Of a stretch of 64,000 nt of DNA, positions 24,766 through 35,455 are shown in pieces. The notes below the pieces were generated by a model. It had not been told where the DNA came from, made no database searches, and saw only the letters and a list, made by a program, of their open reading frames with translations. Within the stretch, counting starts at the first letter, position 1; every line of letters begins with the position of its first letter. Position numbers and translations under genes: made by a program. Origin of the DNA: Macrostomum lignano (taxonomy: Eukaryota); the NCBI GenBank assembly GCA_002269645.1, contig NIVC01001531.1:1-64000 (forward strand), in the 5' to 3' direction.

Positions 24766-24828
24766 CATTGCATCACAAATACAATGCAATAGCCTTAAGT
24801 CTATGTTCCCAATTGCTGTTCAGCAGCA

Positions 24829-25434
24829 ATGCCAACCCTACTTACTAGCAGTAGTATGATGAGTACTATGCAGCGTATTAGACCGCTACTACAGCTGAGA
24901 CACCTGAGCAGCGAACGGTACAGCTATTGGCGCGGATTTCTCGATCGCCTAGCAACAGAGGCCAATGCCTTGACAACAGAGCCTTCAGCTAGTGGTAAAC
25001 AGGCCACCACAGCTGACTCATACCTGCTGCCTGAGTCGAGAGATCTCGCTAGGAAAGCCCGGCCGATGCAGAACGGCGGCCTGCTGCCGCGGCTAAAGGA
25101 TCCCAGACACGAGGCGCCGGTGGTGATGCCGCCGTATCAGCCTATTGATGACTGGCACCCGAAGCAGGCTCTGTTTGGTCAGAACGACTACATTGACATA
25201 CTGGGCGAGGGCGAGGTCACGCCGAAAGATCTCTACGTCGGGCCCAATTACACTCGGCTGAGTCGGGGCAGCGAGTTTCTGAGAAATTTCCGGCGCCTAT
25301 CGGTGCAAGACGAGTATATGAAGGAGTTTATGCCCACTAGGCGGTCCATTATTCAGCTGAATAATTACAATTCGCTCAAGTATAGAAATAAGAGAAGGAA
25401 TAATGTGTTCCCTAAGTATAGGGAAGAGCCTTGA
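24829..25434 (+). CDS. MRPL51: Mitochondrial ribosomal protein mL51
   Basis: Single exon, 201 aa. Basic, Ser/Arg-rich N-terminus, then W-x-x-K-x-ALFGQNDYIDILG, GPNYTRLSRGSEF and a basic C-terminus, matching metazoan mL51 as I recall it. Alternative starts at ATG 24856/24859/24868. Confidence 0.85.
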   Translation: MPTLLTSSSMMSTMQRIRPLLQLRHLSSERYSYWRGFLDRLATEANALTTEPSASGKQATTADSYLLPESRDLARKARPMQNGGLLPRLKDPRHEAPVVMPPYQPIDDWHPKQALFGQNDYIDILGEGEVTPKDLYVGPNYTRLSRGSEFLRNFRRLSVQDEYMKEFMPTRRSIIQLNNYNSLKYRNKRRNNVFPKYREEP

Positions 25435-25565
25435 GGTTAAGCAGAATTTGCCTTGGTTAGTTCCTGACAATTATTCAATGACTGAAATTTGCTTCGTTGT
25501 ATTTGAATATTGTTCTATGCTAGTGTTGTTTTGATTGGCATTTTTTAGCTTGTTGTCTTGTTAGG

Positions 25566-26090
25566 CTTTCCATCTTCCTTTACCCTCTTCTTTCCTCTCT
25601 CTACCCTCTCCTCACCCCTCTTTACCCTCTCCTCGCCCCTCTCTACCCTCTTCTCTCCCCTCTTTACCCTCTCCTCGCCCCTCTTTACCCTCTCCTCGCC
25701 CCTCTCTACCCTCTTCTCTCCCCTCTCTACCCTCTTCTCTCCCCTCTCTACCCTCTTGTCTCCCCTCTTTACCCTCTCCTCGCCCCTCTCTAACCTCTTC
25801 TCTCCCCTCTTTACCCTCTCCTCGCCCGTCTTTACCCTCTCCTCGCCCCTCTTTACCCTCTCCTCGCCCCTCTCTACCCTCTTCTCTCCCCTCTCTACCC
25901 TCTTCTCTCCCCTCTTTACCCTCTCCTCGCCCCTCTCTAACCTCTTCTCTCCCCTCTTTACCCTCTCCTCGCCCCTCTTTACCCTCTCCTCGCCCCTCTC
26001 TACCCTCTTCTCTCCCCTCTTTACCCTCTCTTCTCTCCTTCTCCCCTCCGCTCTCTTTACCATATTTCACCCTCTTTACCCTCTCTCTAT
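25566..26090. repeat. Polypyrimidine 21-bp repeat CTCTTTACCCTCTCCTCGCCC
   Basis: About 520 bp, almost entirely C/T on the plus strand. Confidence 0.95.
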
Positions 26091-26529
26091 CTCCCTTCCA
26101 TCATTTCCTTTTCATTCTCTTTCATTGCTAAGCTACAACACAAGAAATTCGAACTCACTTCAGCCTATTTTATGATCTGTAAAAACAAAAAATACACCCT
26201 AGAGAAAAAAAACATTTTTTCAGCGAAAAAATAAAAATTGATGTATAATCTAATGAAAAGCAATTTAAAACACCTCTGAACGTTGAAAATTGTTAATTTT
26301 TGTACGTCAAAAACTTATTTTCAGTAGAGACTAAAACTAATTTATAATTGATTAATTTGCTTCTATCTGACTTGATCATTTTATTAAATTGAATGGGTGC
26401 CTGGCGAACTCAAGTGATTGATATGATAAAATTGTAAATGATTTTGCAAATTATCATACTCGTTTCCGAAATTAAATCAAATTATTTTGTATAGAAAAAC
26501 ACTGGTAAAATGTGTTGGCGATTCACTTT

Positions 26530-27005
26530 AATGTACACTCGCTCCCTTCTGAGCCCCATTCCAACCCCACCCAATGTACACTCGCTCCCGACTGAGCCCC
26601 ATTCCAACCCCACCCAATGTACACTCGCTCCCGACTGAGCCCCATTCCAACCCCACCCCAATGTACACTCGCTCCCGACTGAGCCCCATTCCAACCCCAC
26701 CCCAATGTACACTCGCTCCCGACTGAGCCCCATTCCAACCCCACCCCAATGTACACTCGCTCCCGACTAAGCCCCATTCCAACCCCACCCAATGTACACT
26801 CGCTCCCGACTAAGCCCCATTCCAACCCCACCCCAATGTACACTCGCTCCCGACTAAGCCCCATTCCAACCCCACCCAATGTACACTCGCTGCCGACTGA
26901 GCCCCATTCCAACCCCACCCCAATGTACACTCGCTCCCGACTAAGCCCCATTCCAATCTACCCCAATGTACACTCGCTGCCGACTGAGCCCCATTCCAAT
27001 CCACC
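26530..27005. repeat. 43-44 bp minisatellite (CAATGTACACTCGCTCCCGACTGAGCCCCATTCCAACCCCACC)
   Basis: CTCGCTC recurs at 26581 and 26624. Confidence 0.95.
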
Positions 27006-27098
27006 CCTATTTATACATTGCGGTGCTTCAGACTTTGTGTCACAAGTTTGTAAAGCTTCATAGAAAAAAATTTCTGAATCAAAACAAAAAAGCAAACC

Positions 27099-30000
27099 AT
27101 GACAGGATCTGCTACTACCCGACAGGTACCTGTCAATCAAAGCTCATCATCAGGTTTCATTGGACGAGCAATTCTTGTGTTGATAATTAGTTTCATTGTC
27201 TACAGCTTGTTGTCGGCCTACTTTCCTGCAAGTACTGACAGTATCGCACCTGATGAATCAGGAAGCTTAAAAGAAGACCAAGTATCATTAGTTACCAGCG
27301 CTGTAGCATTCGAAAATGATCGACTTAAAGTCTATCGGACTGTATCTTCGAACAGTGGAAAAATAAAGAAAAAATCTGAGCTTATTGGCGAATTCAGTCT
27401 GGCATGGAGTGGAGAGAAATTGTCCGTTCAATCCAAGGTTTGTTTTGTTATATTACTTGATTTTCTTGGAATTCTAAGAAATTTTGCTACGATTCTTGGA
27501 AAGTGTCGGCTCATTCTTAGTATACTTATGCAAGTACATGTAGTATTATTCGTAGCTAATTTTCAAGTGTACATTATCTCTGTTTCTTGGAATCAATTTA
27601 CATGTAACTGCATGTAAGTGTAAAACTATTTCTTGGAATGTGACGCTCTATGTTAGCATTTGAAGTTTTATTTCTTAGAATATGAAGCTCGATCTGCTTC
27701 CCAGAATGTGAAAGCATATTTCTTATAATGTGGAGCTGCATTTCTTAGAATGTAAAGCTTTATTTTTAAAACGTGGAGCTGTATTTCTTAGAATGTGGAG
27801 CTGTATTTCTTGGAATGTGGAGCTGCATTTCCTGGAATGTGGAGCTGTATTTCTTGGAATGTGGAGCTGCATTTCTTGGAATGTGGAGCTGTATTTCTTA
27901 GAATTTGGAGCTTTATTTCTGAATATTTTGGTAATAGAAGCTATATTTCCTAAGATGTAGAGCTCTGTTTCTTGAAAAGCGAAGCTCTCTTTTTTAGAAA
28001 GTTGATCCGCTTCCAAAATAGATCATATTGACTCTAAGGATTTTTGATATAAATTCTTTGGGTGTGTCTCTATATGATTCTTAGAATGTGTCACTCTGAT
28101 TCTTAGAATTTATCTCTCTGATTCTTAGAATTTGTCTCTCTGATTCTTAGAATTTGTCTCTCTGATTCTTAGAATTTGTCTCTCTGATTCTTAGAATTTG
28201 TCACTCTGATTCTTAAAATTTGTCACTGATTATTAAAATTTGTCACTCTGATTCTTAGAATTTGTCTCTCTGACTCTTAGAATGTGTCCCTCTGCTTCGT
28301 AAAATGTTTCACTCTGATTTTTGAAGTGTCTAGCACTGATTCTTAGAAAATACCATTTAAATTATTTGCAAATCAACAAAAATTACTGTCACATTCCAGT
28401 CCGACCAGCAACCCAGCAGTTCTCGTCCTACAGATGCACGTGACCTGTCAATCACCTGGAGCAACGGAGGCAGCAGTCTTACTGTCACCACGCTACCCCA
28501 GTCGTTTATTAATTCTCGATTCTTGAGCTGCCACCGCGCCGTCCTGACAACGGCAGCAAAAGAGTCTGCCAGTCTCTGCCTCGAGCTGCCGGCAGCCTCA
28601 GTCTACGGCGGCGGGGCCGCGTTCGACCAGCGCTGGCCAATCAACAGCCAGTCGATGCCAAGTCAAGCCTACGTCAGCAACGATTTCGCGGAACTCACCG
28701 GTGCTAAACGATCCGATCTCTGGGGCGGATTCGTTGAACGACTCTGGCTAACGTCTCGGGGCCTGCTGGTGCATGTGGACGATGCCACACCGCTGTCGGT
28801 TGGTCAAGAAGCCGATCGTAGGCTATGCTTGACTGCCACACCCGATGACGAGGCTTATCTTTGGCGATCGAATCCTAGGGATTATTTGAATGTCACAATC
28901 TGTGCGGCTGACAGCGCCAAGGAGGCTTACTTGGCTGCGCACAGCTGGTGAGAGCTCTCTGGCTTTTACACGTATCTATGGGCGATACTAACTCTTACCT
29001 AATGCCCACTTGTAAGTCAGGGCGACTGTACACCCCCTGTGCCGGTGTCTGTCCGCTCTGGGATCAGGGATCGGGCATGACTGCTTGCCTGTCTGCAAAA
29101 ACTTATAGGCTTTCATTCCGTGTCCTCCACTAGCCCTCAGTGTCCTCCACTAGCCTTCAGTGTCCTCCACTAGCCTTCAGTGTCCTCCACTAGCCTTCAG
29201 TGTCCTCCACTAGCCTTCAGTGTCCTCCACTAGCCTTCAGTGTCCTCCACTAGCCTTCAGTGTCCTCCACTAGCCTTCAGTGTCCTCCACTAGCCTTCAG
29301 TGTCCTCCACTAACCTTCAGTGTCCTCCACTAGCCTTCAGTGTCCTCCACTAGCCTTCAGTGTCCTCCACTAGCCTTCAGTGTCCTCCACTAGCCTTCAG
29401 TGTCCTCCAATAGCCTTCAGTGTCCTCCACTAGCCTTCAGTGTCCTCCACTAGCCTTCAGTGTCCTCCACTAGCCTTCAGTGTCCTCCACTAGCCTTCAG
29501 TGTCCTCCACTAGCCTTCAGTGTCCTCCACTAGCCTTCAGTGTCCTCCACTAGCCTTCAATGTCCTCCACTAGCCTTCAGTGTCCTCCACTAGCCTTCAG
29601 TGTCCTCCAATAGCCTTCAGTGTCCTCCACTAGCCTTCAGTGTCCTCCACTAGCCTTCAGTGTCCTCCACTAGCCTTCAGTGTCCTCCACTAGCCTTCAG
29701 TGTCCTCCACTAGCCTTCAGTGTCCTCCACTAGCCTTCAGTGTCCTCCACTAGCCTTCAGTGTCCTCCACTAGCCTTCAGTGTCCTCCACTAGCCTTCAG
29801 TGTCCTCCACTAGCCTTCAGTGTCCTCCACTAGCCTTCAGTGTCCTCCACTAGCCTTCAGTGTCCTCCACTAGCCTTCAGTGTCCTCCACTAGCCTTCAG
29901 TGTCCTCCACTAGCCTTCAGTGTCCTCCACTAGCCTTCAGTGTCCTCCACTAGCCTTCAGTGTCCTCCACTAGCCTTCAGTGTCCTCCAATAGCCTTCAG

Positions 30001-32167
30001 TGTCCTCCACTAGCCTTCAGTGTCCTCCACTAGCCTTCAGTGTCCTCCACTAGCCTTCAGTGTCCTCCACTAGCCTTCAGTGTCCTCCACTAGCCTTCAG
30101 TGTCCTCCACTAGCCTTCAGTGTCCTCCACTAGCCTTCAGTGTCCTCCAATAGCCTTCAGTGTCCTCCACTAGCCTTCAGTGTCCTCCACTAGCCTTCAG
30201 TGTCCTCCACTAGCCTTCAGTGTCCTCCACTAGCCTTCAGTGTCCTCCACTAGCCTTCAGTGTCCTCCACTAGCCTTCAGTGTCCTCCACTAGCCTTCAG
30301 TGTGTCCTCCACTAACTTTCAGTGTCCTACAGTAATCTTCAGTGTCCTACAATAACCTTCAGTGTCCTCCACTAGCCTTCAGTGTCCTCCACTAGCCTTC
30401 AGTGTCCTCCACTAGCCTTCAGTGTGTCCTCCACTAACTTTCAGTGTCCTACAGTAATCTTCAGTGTCCTACAATAACCTTCAGTGTCCTACTGTAATCT
30501 TCAGTGTCCTCCACTAACCTTCACTATCCTACACTAACCTTCATTGTCCTACAGTAATCTTCAGTGTCCTCCACTAACCTTCAGTGTCCTCCACTAACCT
30601 TCACTATCCTACACTAACCTTCATTGTCCTACAGTAATCTTCAGTGTCCTCCACTAACCTTCAGTGTCCTCCACTAACCTTCACTATCCTACACTAACCT
30701 TCATTGTCCTACAGTAATCTTCAGTGTCCTCCACTAACCTTCAGTGTCCTACACTAACCTTCACTATCCTACACTAACCTTCATTGTCCTACAGTAATCT
30801 TCAGTGTCCTCCACTAACCTTCAGTGTCCTCCACTAACCTTCACTATCCTACACTAACCTTCATTGTCCTACAGTAATCTTCAGTGTCCTCCACTAACCT
30901 TCACTATCCTACACTAACCTTCATTGTCCTACAGTAATCTTCAGTGTCCTCCACTAACCTTCAGTGTCCTCCACTAACCTTCACTATCCTACACTAACCT
31001 TCATTGTCCTACAGTAATCTTCAGTGTCCTCCACTAACCTTCAGTGTCCTACAATAACCTTCAGTGTCATACAGTAATCTTCAGTGTCCTCCACTAACCT
31101 TCAATGTCCTCAAATGCCCTTCAATGCTCTACTAACGTTCAATGTCCTCAAATGACCTTCAATGCTCTCCACTAACCTTCAATATCGTCCAATGACCTTC
31201 TGGTGTCCTCCACTGGTCTTTAATGTTCTCTACTATTAGCTTCGTCACTACAACGTTTAATGTTATTCACTAATTTTAAATGTCGACTAACCTTGAATGT
31301 CCTCCAATGGCCCCAATGTATTCCACTATCCTTCCATGCGACACATGCAATGCGAAGCAATCAAACAATCTTTCCTCGCAACAGGCTGTACACTCGTCCA
31401 ACATCGTCTCCCGACCGTCGCATCCTTCGCGAACCAATCTGGTGCACGTGGGCCAGGCACAAGACGGCGGTGGCTCAATCTGATGTGGAATCTCTGGCTA
31501 ATGACGTCACTAGGCTTGGCTTTCCCGCCAGTCAGATTGAAATTGACGATCGGTACACGATTAACTACGGCGATTTGGCATGGGATCCGATTAAGTTTCC
31601 TAATCCTGCCGAGATGACGGCCAAACTAAAGTACATCGGGCACCGGGTCACGACTTGGATTGTGCCATTTTTTAATAAGAACACTTCGGCCTATGATGAA
31701 GCTGCGGCTGCTGGATATCTTTTGATTGAAAGCGTTAACGACAACAACAACAGATCAGCCGATATTCTCTGGTGGCAGGGAGTCGGAGGTCAGCTGGACC
31801 CGACCAACCCCAGCGCCGTCAGCTGGTTCGCGAACCGGCTGGCCAGATTTCGTCAGCAATTTGGCATCGAATCGTTTAAATTCGACGCTGGCGAGGTGTA
31901 CTATCTGAGGGGGGCTCGAACTCAGGCCCCGCTGGAGGCGCCGATGCAGTTCACGACGGCCTACGTTCAGCAGGTGGCGGCAAAGTTCGGCGGAGCTGTC
32001 GAAGTTCGAGCCGGCTATCGAACTCAGTCAGTACCGGTTGCGACGCGGATGTTTGACAAGGACAGCCACTGGGGCGGGAGGAACGGACTGCGATCCATTG
32101 TGCCCAATGCGCTGATGCTGTCCATGGCGGGGTACCACTTTGTGATGCCCGACATGATTGGCGGTGA

Positions 32168-32251
<84 letters not shown>

Positions 32252-32254
32252 TAC

Positions 32255-32339
<85 letters not shown>

Positions 32340-32866
32340 TTCTGGGGCTCCAGAGTCAACAACATTGCATCCAATTTCCAGGAAACGCGTACTCCGAGGA
32401 CTCCATGGAAGGCGCCAGGCCGGAACGTGAGCTGTACATCCGCTGGATGCAGCTCAGCAGTTTTCTACCAATCGTGCAGTTTTCAATCGCACCCTGGGAC
32501 TATGACCAAGAAGTGACGGACATTGCTCTGAAGACGCTGAAGCTCAGAGCGGAAGTGTACATCCCCGCGTTGGAAGCGGCTTTGACCCAGTTGTTCAGCA
32601 CGGGAGAGCCTGTCACCAGACCGCTGTGGTGGGCTTCGGACGGTACAGTCGATGACGTCAGACTTTGGACAGTGGACGATCAGTTCCTTGTTGGCGACTC
32701 GCTGCTAGTGGCTCCGGTAATTCGACAAAGCACAGTTGCTAGGGACATCTTGCTGCCGTCGGGGCGATGGAAGGACGGCTACAGCGGCCGACTGGTTGAT
32801 GGACCGCTGGTGCTGAAGGACCACCCGGCCAAACTGGATATGGTGCCGCATTTTATCAGAGTGTAG
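27099..32866 (+). CDS. MYORG: GH31 glycosidase, MYORG/KIAA1161-like type II membrane protein (716 aa)
   Basis: Exons 27099-27437, 28400-28947, 31385-32163, 32382-32866; phases 0/2/1 consistent; 2151 nt. N-terminal TM ([19 protein letters not shown]), [16 protein letters not shown], nucleophile motif [25 protein letters not shown]|[26 protein letters not shown]. Confidence 0.93.
27620..28350. repeat. Two related 22-bp repeats in MYORG intron 1
   Basis: TTCTTGGAATGTGGAGCTGCAT (about 27620-27980) and TTCTTAGAATTTGTCTCTCTGA (about 28060-28350). Confidence 0.9.
29125..31250. repeat. 20-bp minisatellite CCACTAGCCTTCAGTGTCCT in MYORG intron 2
   Basis: Near-perfect to about 30300, then variant 20-mers in higher-order blocks, decaying toward the acceptor. 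Confidence 0.97.
32168..32340. repeat. (GTCT)n microsatellite filling MYORG intron 3
   Basis: Starts within the donor GTGAGTCTGTCTG at 32164. Confidence 0.97.
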
Positions 32867-33239
32867 CTAATCATGACTAGCGTTCGATGCTGCTAACTAT
32901 TTTATTACATCTGCTTGATCATAAAAATTACTAGCTACAACTAAAAGGAGTACATGTATCTTCTTTGCAAGTAAACAAAAAACGGTAAAACACAATTTCC
33001 AGCCAATTCGGGACAAAAATATAACAAAAAATACTATATATTTTGGTTTCTAAACGAACCGAACTAACAAAAAAGTAGAATATCATCTTTATTGATGCTT
33101 TTTTTAATAATGAAATTTGATAGACTGCGAAATATTTTTTGTTTTCTTCTAAGCAGTAAAAATATTATTTTCGAGTTTAGAAACGGTCAAATTTCAACAG
33201 CTAATCAGCGAGAAAGTAAGGACATGAGAAATATTTGAG

Positions 33240-33570
33240 AAAAAAAACTGATCGAGTCTTTTTAGCCAATCAGAGAGCGAGCTGAAGTGGAGAGTGAAAG
33301 ATGGATGGAATGGTGAACTCTCTGTAGCCGATGAACGAGCAAGAAGGGGTAGAGAGTACGCGATGGAATGGTGAACTCTCTTTAGCCAATGAACTAGCGA
33401 GAAAGGGTAGAGAGTACGCGATGGAATGGTGAACTCTCTGTAGCCAATGAACGAGCGAGAAGGAGTAGAGAGTACGCGATGGAATAGTGAACTCTCTGTA
33501 GCCAATGAACGAGCGAGAAGGGGTAGAGAGTACGCGATGGAATGGTGAACTCTCTGTAGCCAATGAAGGA
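33240..33570. repeat. 58-bp minisatellite in the convergent MYORG/CTNS intergenic region
   Basis: ATGGAAT recurs at 33363 and 33421. Confidence 0.9.
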
Positions 33571-33757
33571 TTGAATGGAGTCGAGGATGCTAGCGGTTAA
33601 GGTTTGTGAAAACTAGTCATTTCTTTTCTTCTATACTATTTCTATTACTATACGGCCTTTTACTACGGGTTTATTGCTCTCTCAATAACAGTATAAAAAT
33701 GCTCCAAAAGATGACGGGGAAACAAAGTTAGAAACTAGTCGGTCTGCTATTTTTCCC

Positions 33758-35095
33758 TCACAGCAGTCTTGTCTTCTCGTCGGTGGATTTTTCCATTTGG
33801 TAGGCGTTGCTGTTGCTGTTGACACGGGCATCCGAGTGGGTCACGCTGCCGCCATCGATGACTATAATGCCTCCAGTGCTTGGCCCATAAAAGCAGTAGT
33901 GCTGCATGAAGAACAGAATGTTATAGAAAATGGAGACAATGCCGAGACCGAGTTTGGTTGGGTCGCCTAGCAGCGAGTCCCAGTCATTATAGTTATATGC
34001 CAGCAAAAGCATCTGGGCAATGCTGAGAAAGCCGCCAGAAAAATCCAGGTAAACCTGGCCAATGGACCAACCCCAGGTGGACTTTCGACTGTAGTTCATA
34101 TAAGCCTGCGGCACGTATTTAACCAGTGTAATCAAGAGTTTTAGGTAGGACGCAAAATAGATAAACTGTAGCCAGGTGAGACCGCAGGTAGCTCCACAGG
34201 CGGCGGTTAGTATCAGACAGATTAATAGGAATGACGCCATACCGCCTAGTAACAGACTGCCAATTATGGAGAGTTTCTGTCCGCCGCGTTCATAAATAAA
34301 GCATTGAATGCCCTGGAATATGGTGATGCCGAAGCAGTGCAAGGCGAAGATGCAGTCAGCCAGCTGCACTGGGATGACGCCTCGGGGATGCTGCTGGTGA
34401 TACATCACCTGCAATGGCGGCACCCAGTACAGGCCGACATTGAAGATGCTGTAGACAATAAAGCCCATGATGTTGAAGCCGACAAAGTCGAAATTTAAAC
34501 CGACCACAGACTTTCTGGTGTAGTTCAGCCAAGTCTGCGGGTAGTAGGACGCCGACCAGCAGAAGACGTACAACAGACCGACAGTGAAGTTTATAACGTT
34601 GATCCATCGACTGCGAATAACTTGGATTCGAACGAATCGGTCGGGACGATTCTCGAACTCGGGATTGGTGCAGTTCAGACCGATGATCAGGTGACCTGGC
34701 GTCAGACCGACTATCACGAATGGCATGGCGTGATAGGTTTCGTTGGTCGATGGAAGCCAGACGCGAGCCAGATCGCCAATCACTGGCACTCGCTGCTTGC
34801 TGGTGATCGCGTCGCCGGCCTCCATCTGATAGGTGAAGTACAGATAGTCGTCCTTGGTTGAGTTGCTGAATTGGCCAGATAATTGGAAGAATAGATGGGC
34901 CTGTTCTCCAACTTCGATAGCTACGTCAGTCTGCGAGAATGTCACCGTGATCGGTTCTGTCTCGTCGATTGTCTGGAACAGCTCCTCTTCGACTGTAGTA
35001 CCACCCGTAGTTGTTGTTGACGTGACCATCATACTTTGAGCCGCTAGAATAACGAGGAAAAAGGTAATTATAATGCCTGATTTAGACGCAAGCAT
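33758..35095 (-). CDS. CTNS: Cystinosin, lysosomal PQ-loop cystine transporter (445 aa, intronless)
   Basis: Signal-like N-terminus, luminal domain with N-glycosylation sequons, multiple TM segments. Motifs WSASYYPQ, NYTRKSVVGLNFDF, KYVPQAYMNYSRKSTWGWSIG, GDPTKLGLG, FFMQHYCFY. Confidence 0.96.
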   Translation of the reverse strand: MLASKSGIIITFFLVILAAQSMMVTSTTTTGGTTVEEELFQTIDETEPITVTFSQTDVAIEVGEQAHLFFQLSGQFSNSTKDDYLYFTYQMEAGDAITSKQRVPVIGDLARVWLPSTNETYHAMPFVIVGLTPGHLIIGLNCTNPEFENRPDRFVRIQVIRSRWINVINFTVGLLYVFCWSASYYPQTWLNYTRKSVVGLNFDFVGFNIMGFIVYSIFNVGLYWVPPLQVMYHQQHPRGVIPVQLADCIFALHCFGITIFQGIQCFIYERGGQKLSIIGSLLLGGMASFLLICLILTAACGATCGLTWLQFIYFASYLKLLITLVKYVPQAYMNYSRKSTWGWSIGQVYLDFSGGFLSIAQMLLLAYNYNDWDSLLGDPTKLGLGIVSIFYNILFFMQHYCFYGPSTGGIIVIDGGSVTHSDARVNSNSNAYQMEKSTDEKTRLL

Positions 35096-35296
35096 GACGT
35101 ACTACGGTGTTGGTAAAATTACATTCACCGTTAATTAATGTTTAGAGCTGTATAGTCAAAGACCCTCGCGGTGCACTTTGTTTATATAGTGCGCGTGCTG
35201 CGAGAGTCCACCGTACAGTTATTAAGATTGAAACCGGTTATCTCTAGTTGATGCGGTGTACATTTAATTGACTGCGAGAGAGCTGTTACGCTAAGT

Positions 35297-35455
<159 letters not shown>

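Noticed and set aside
25545-26175. Glu/Arg/Gly-rich and Leu/Ser/Pro-rich ORFs
   Set aside because: Translation of the CT-rich 21-bp repeat.
31260-32516. 418-aa ORF as a stand-alone gene
   Set aside because: Only 31385-32163 is exon; the flanks are intron, including (GTCT)n, and it is part of MYORG.
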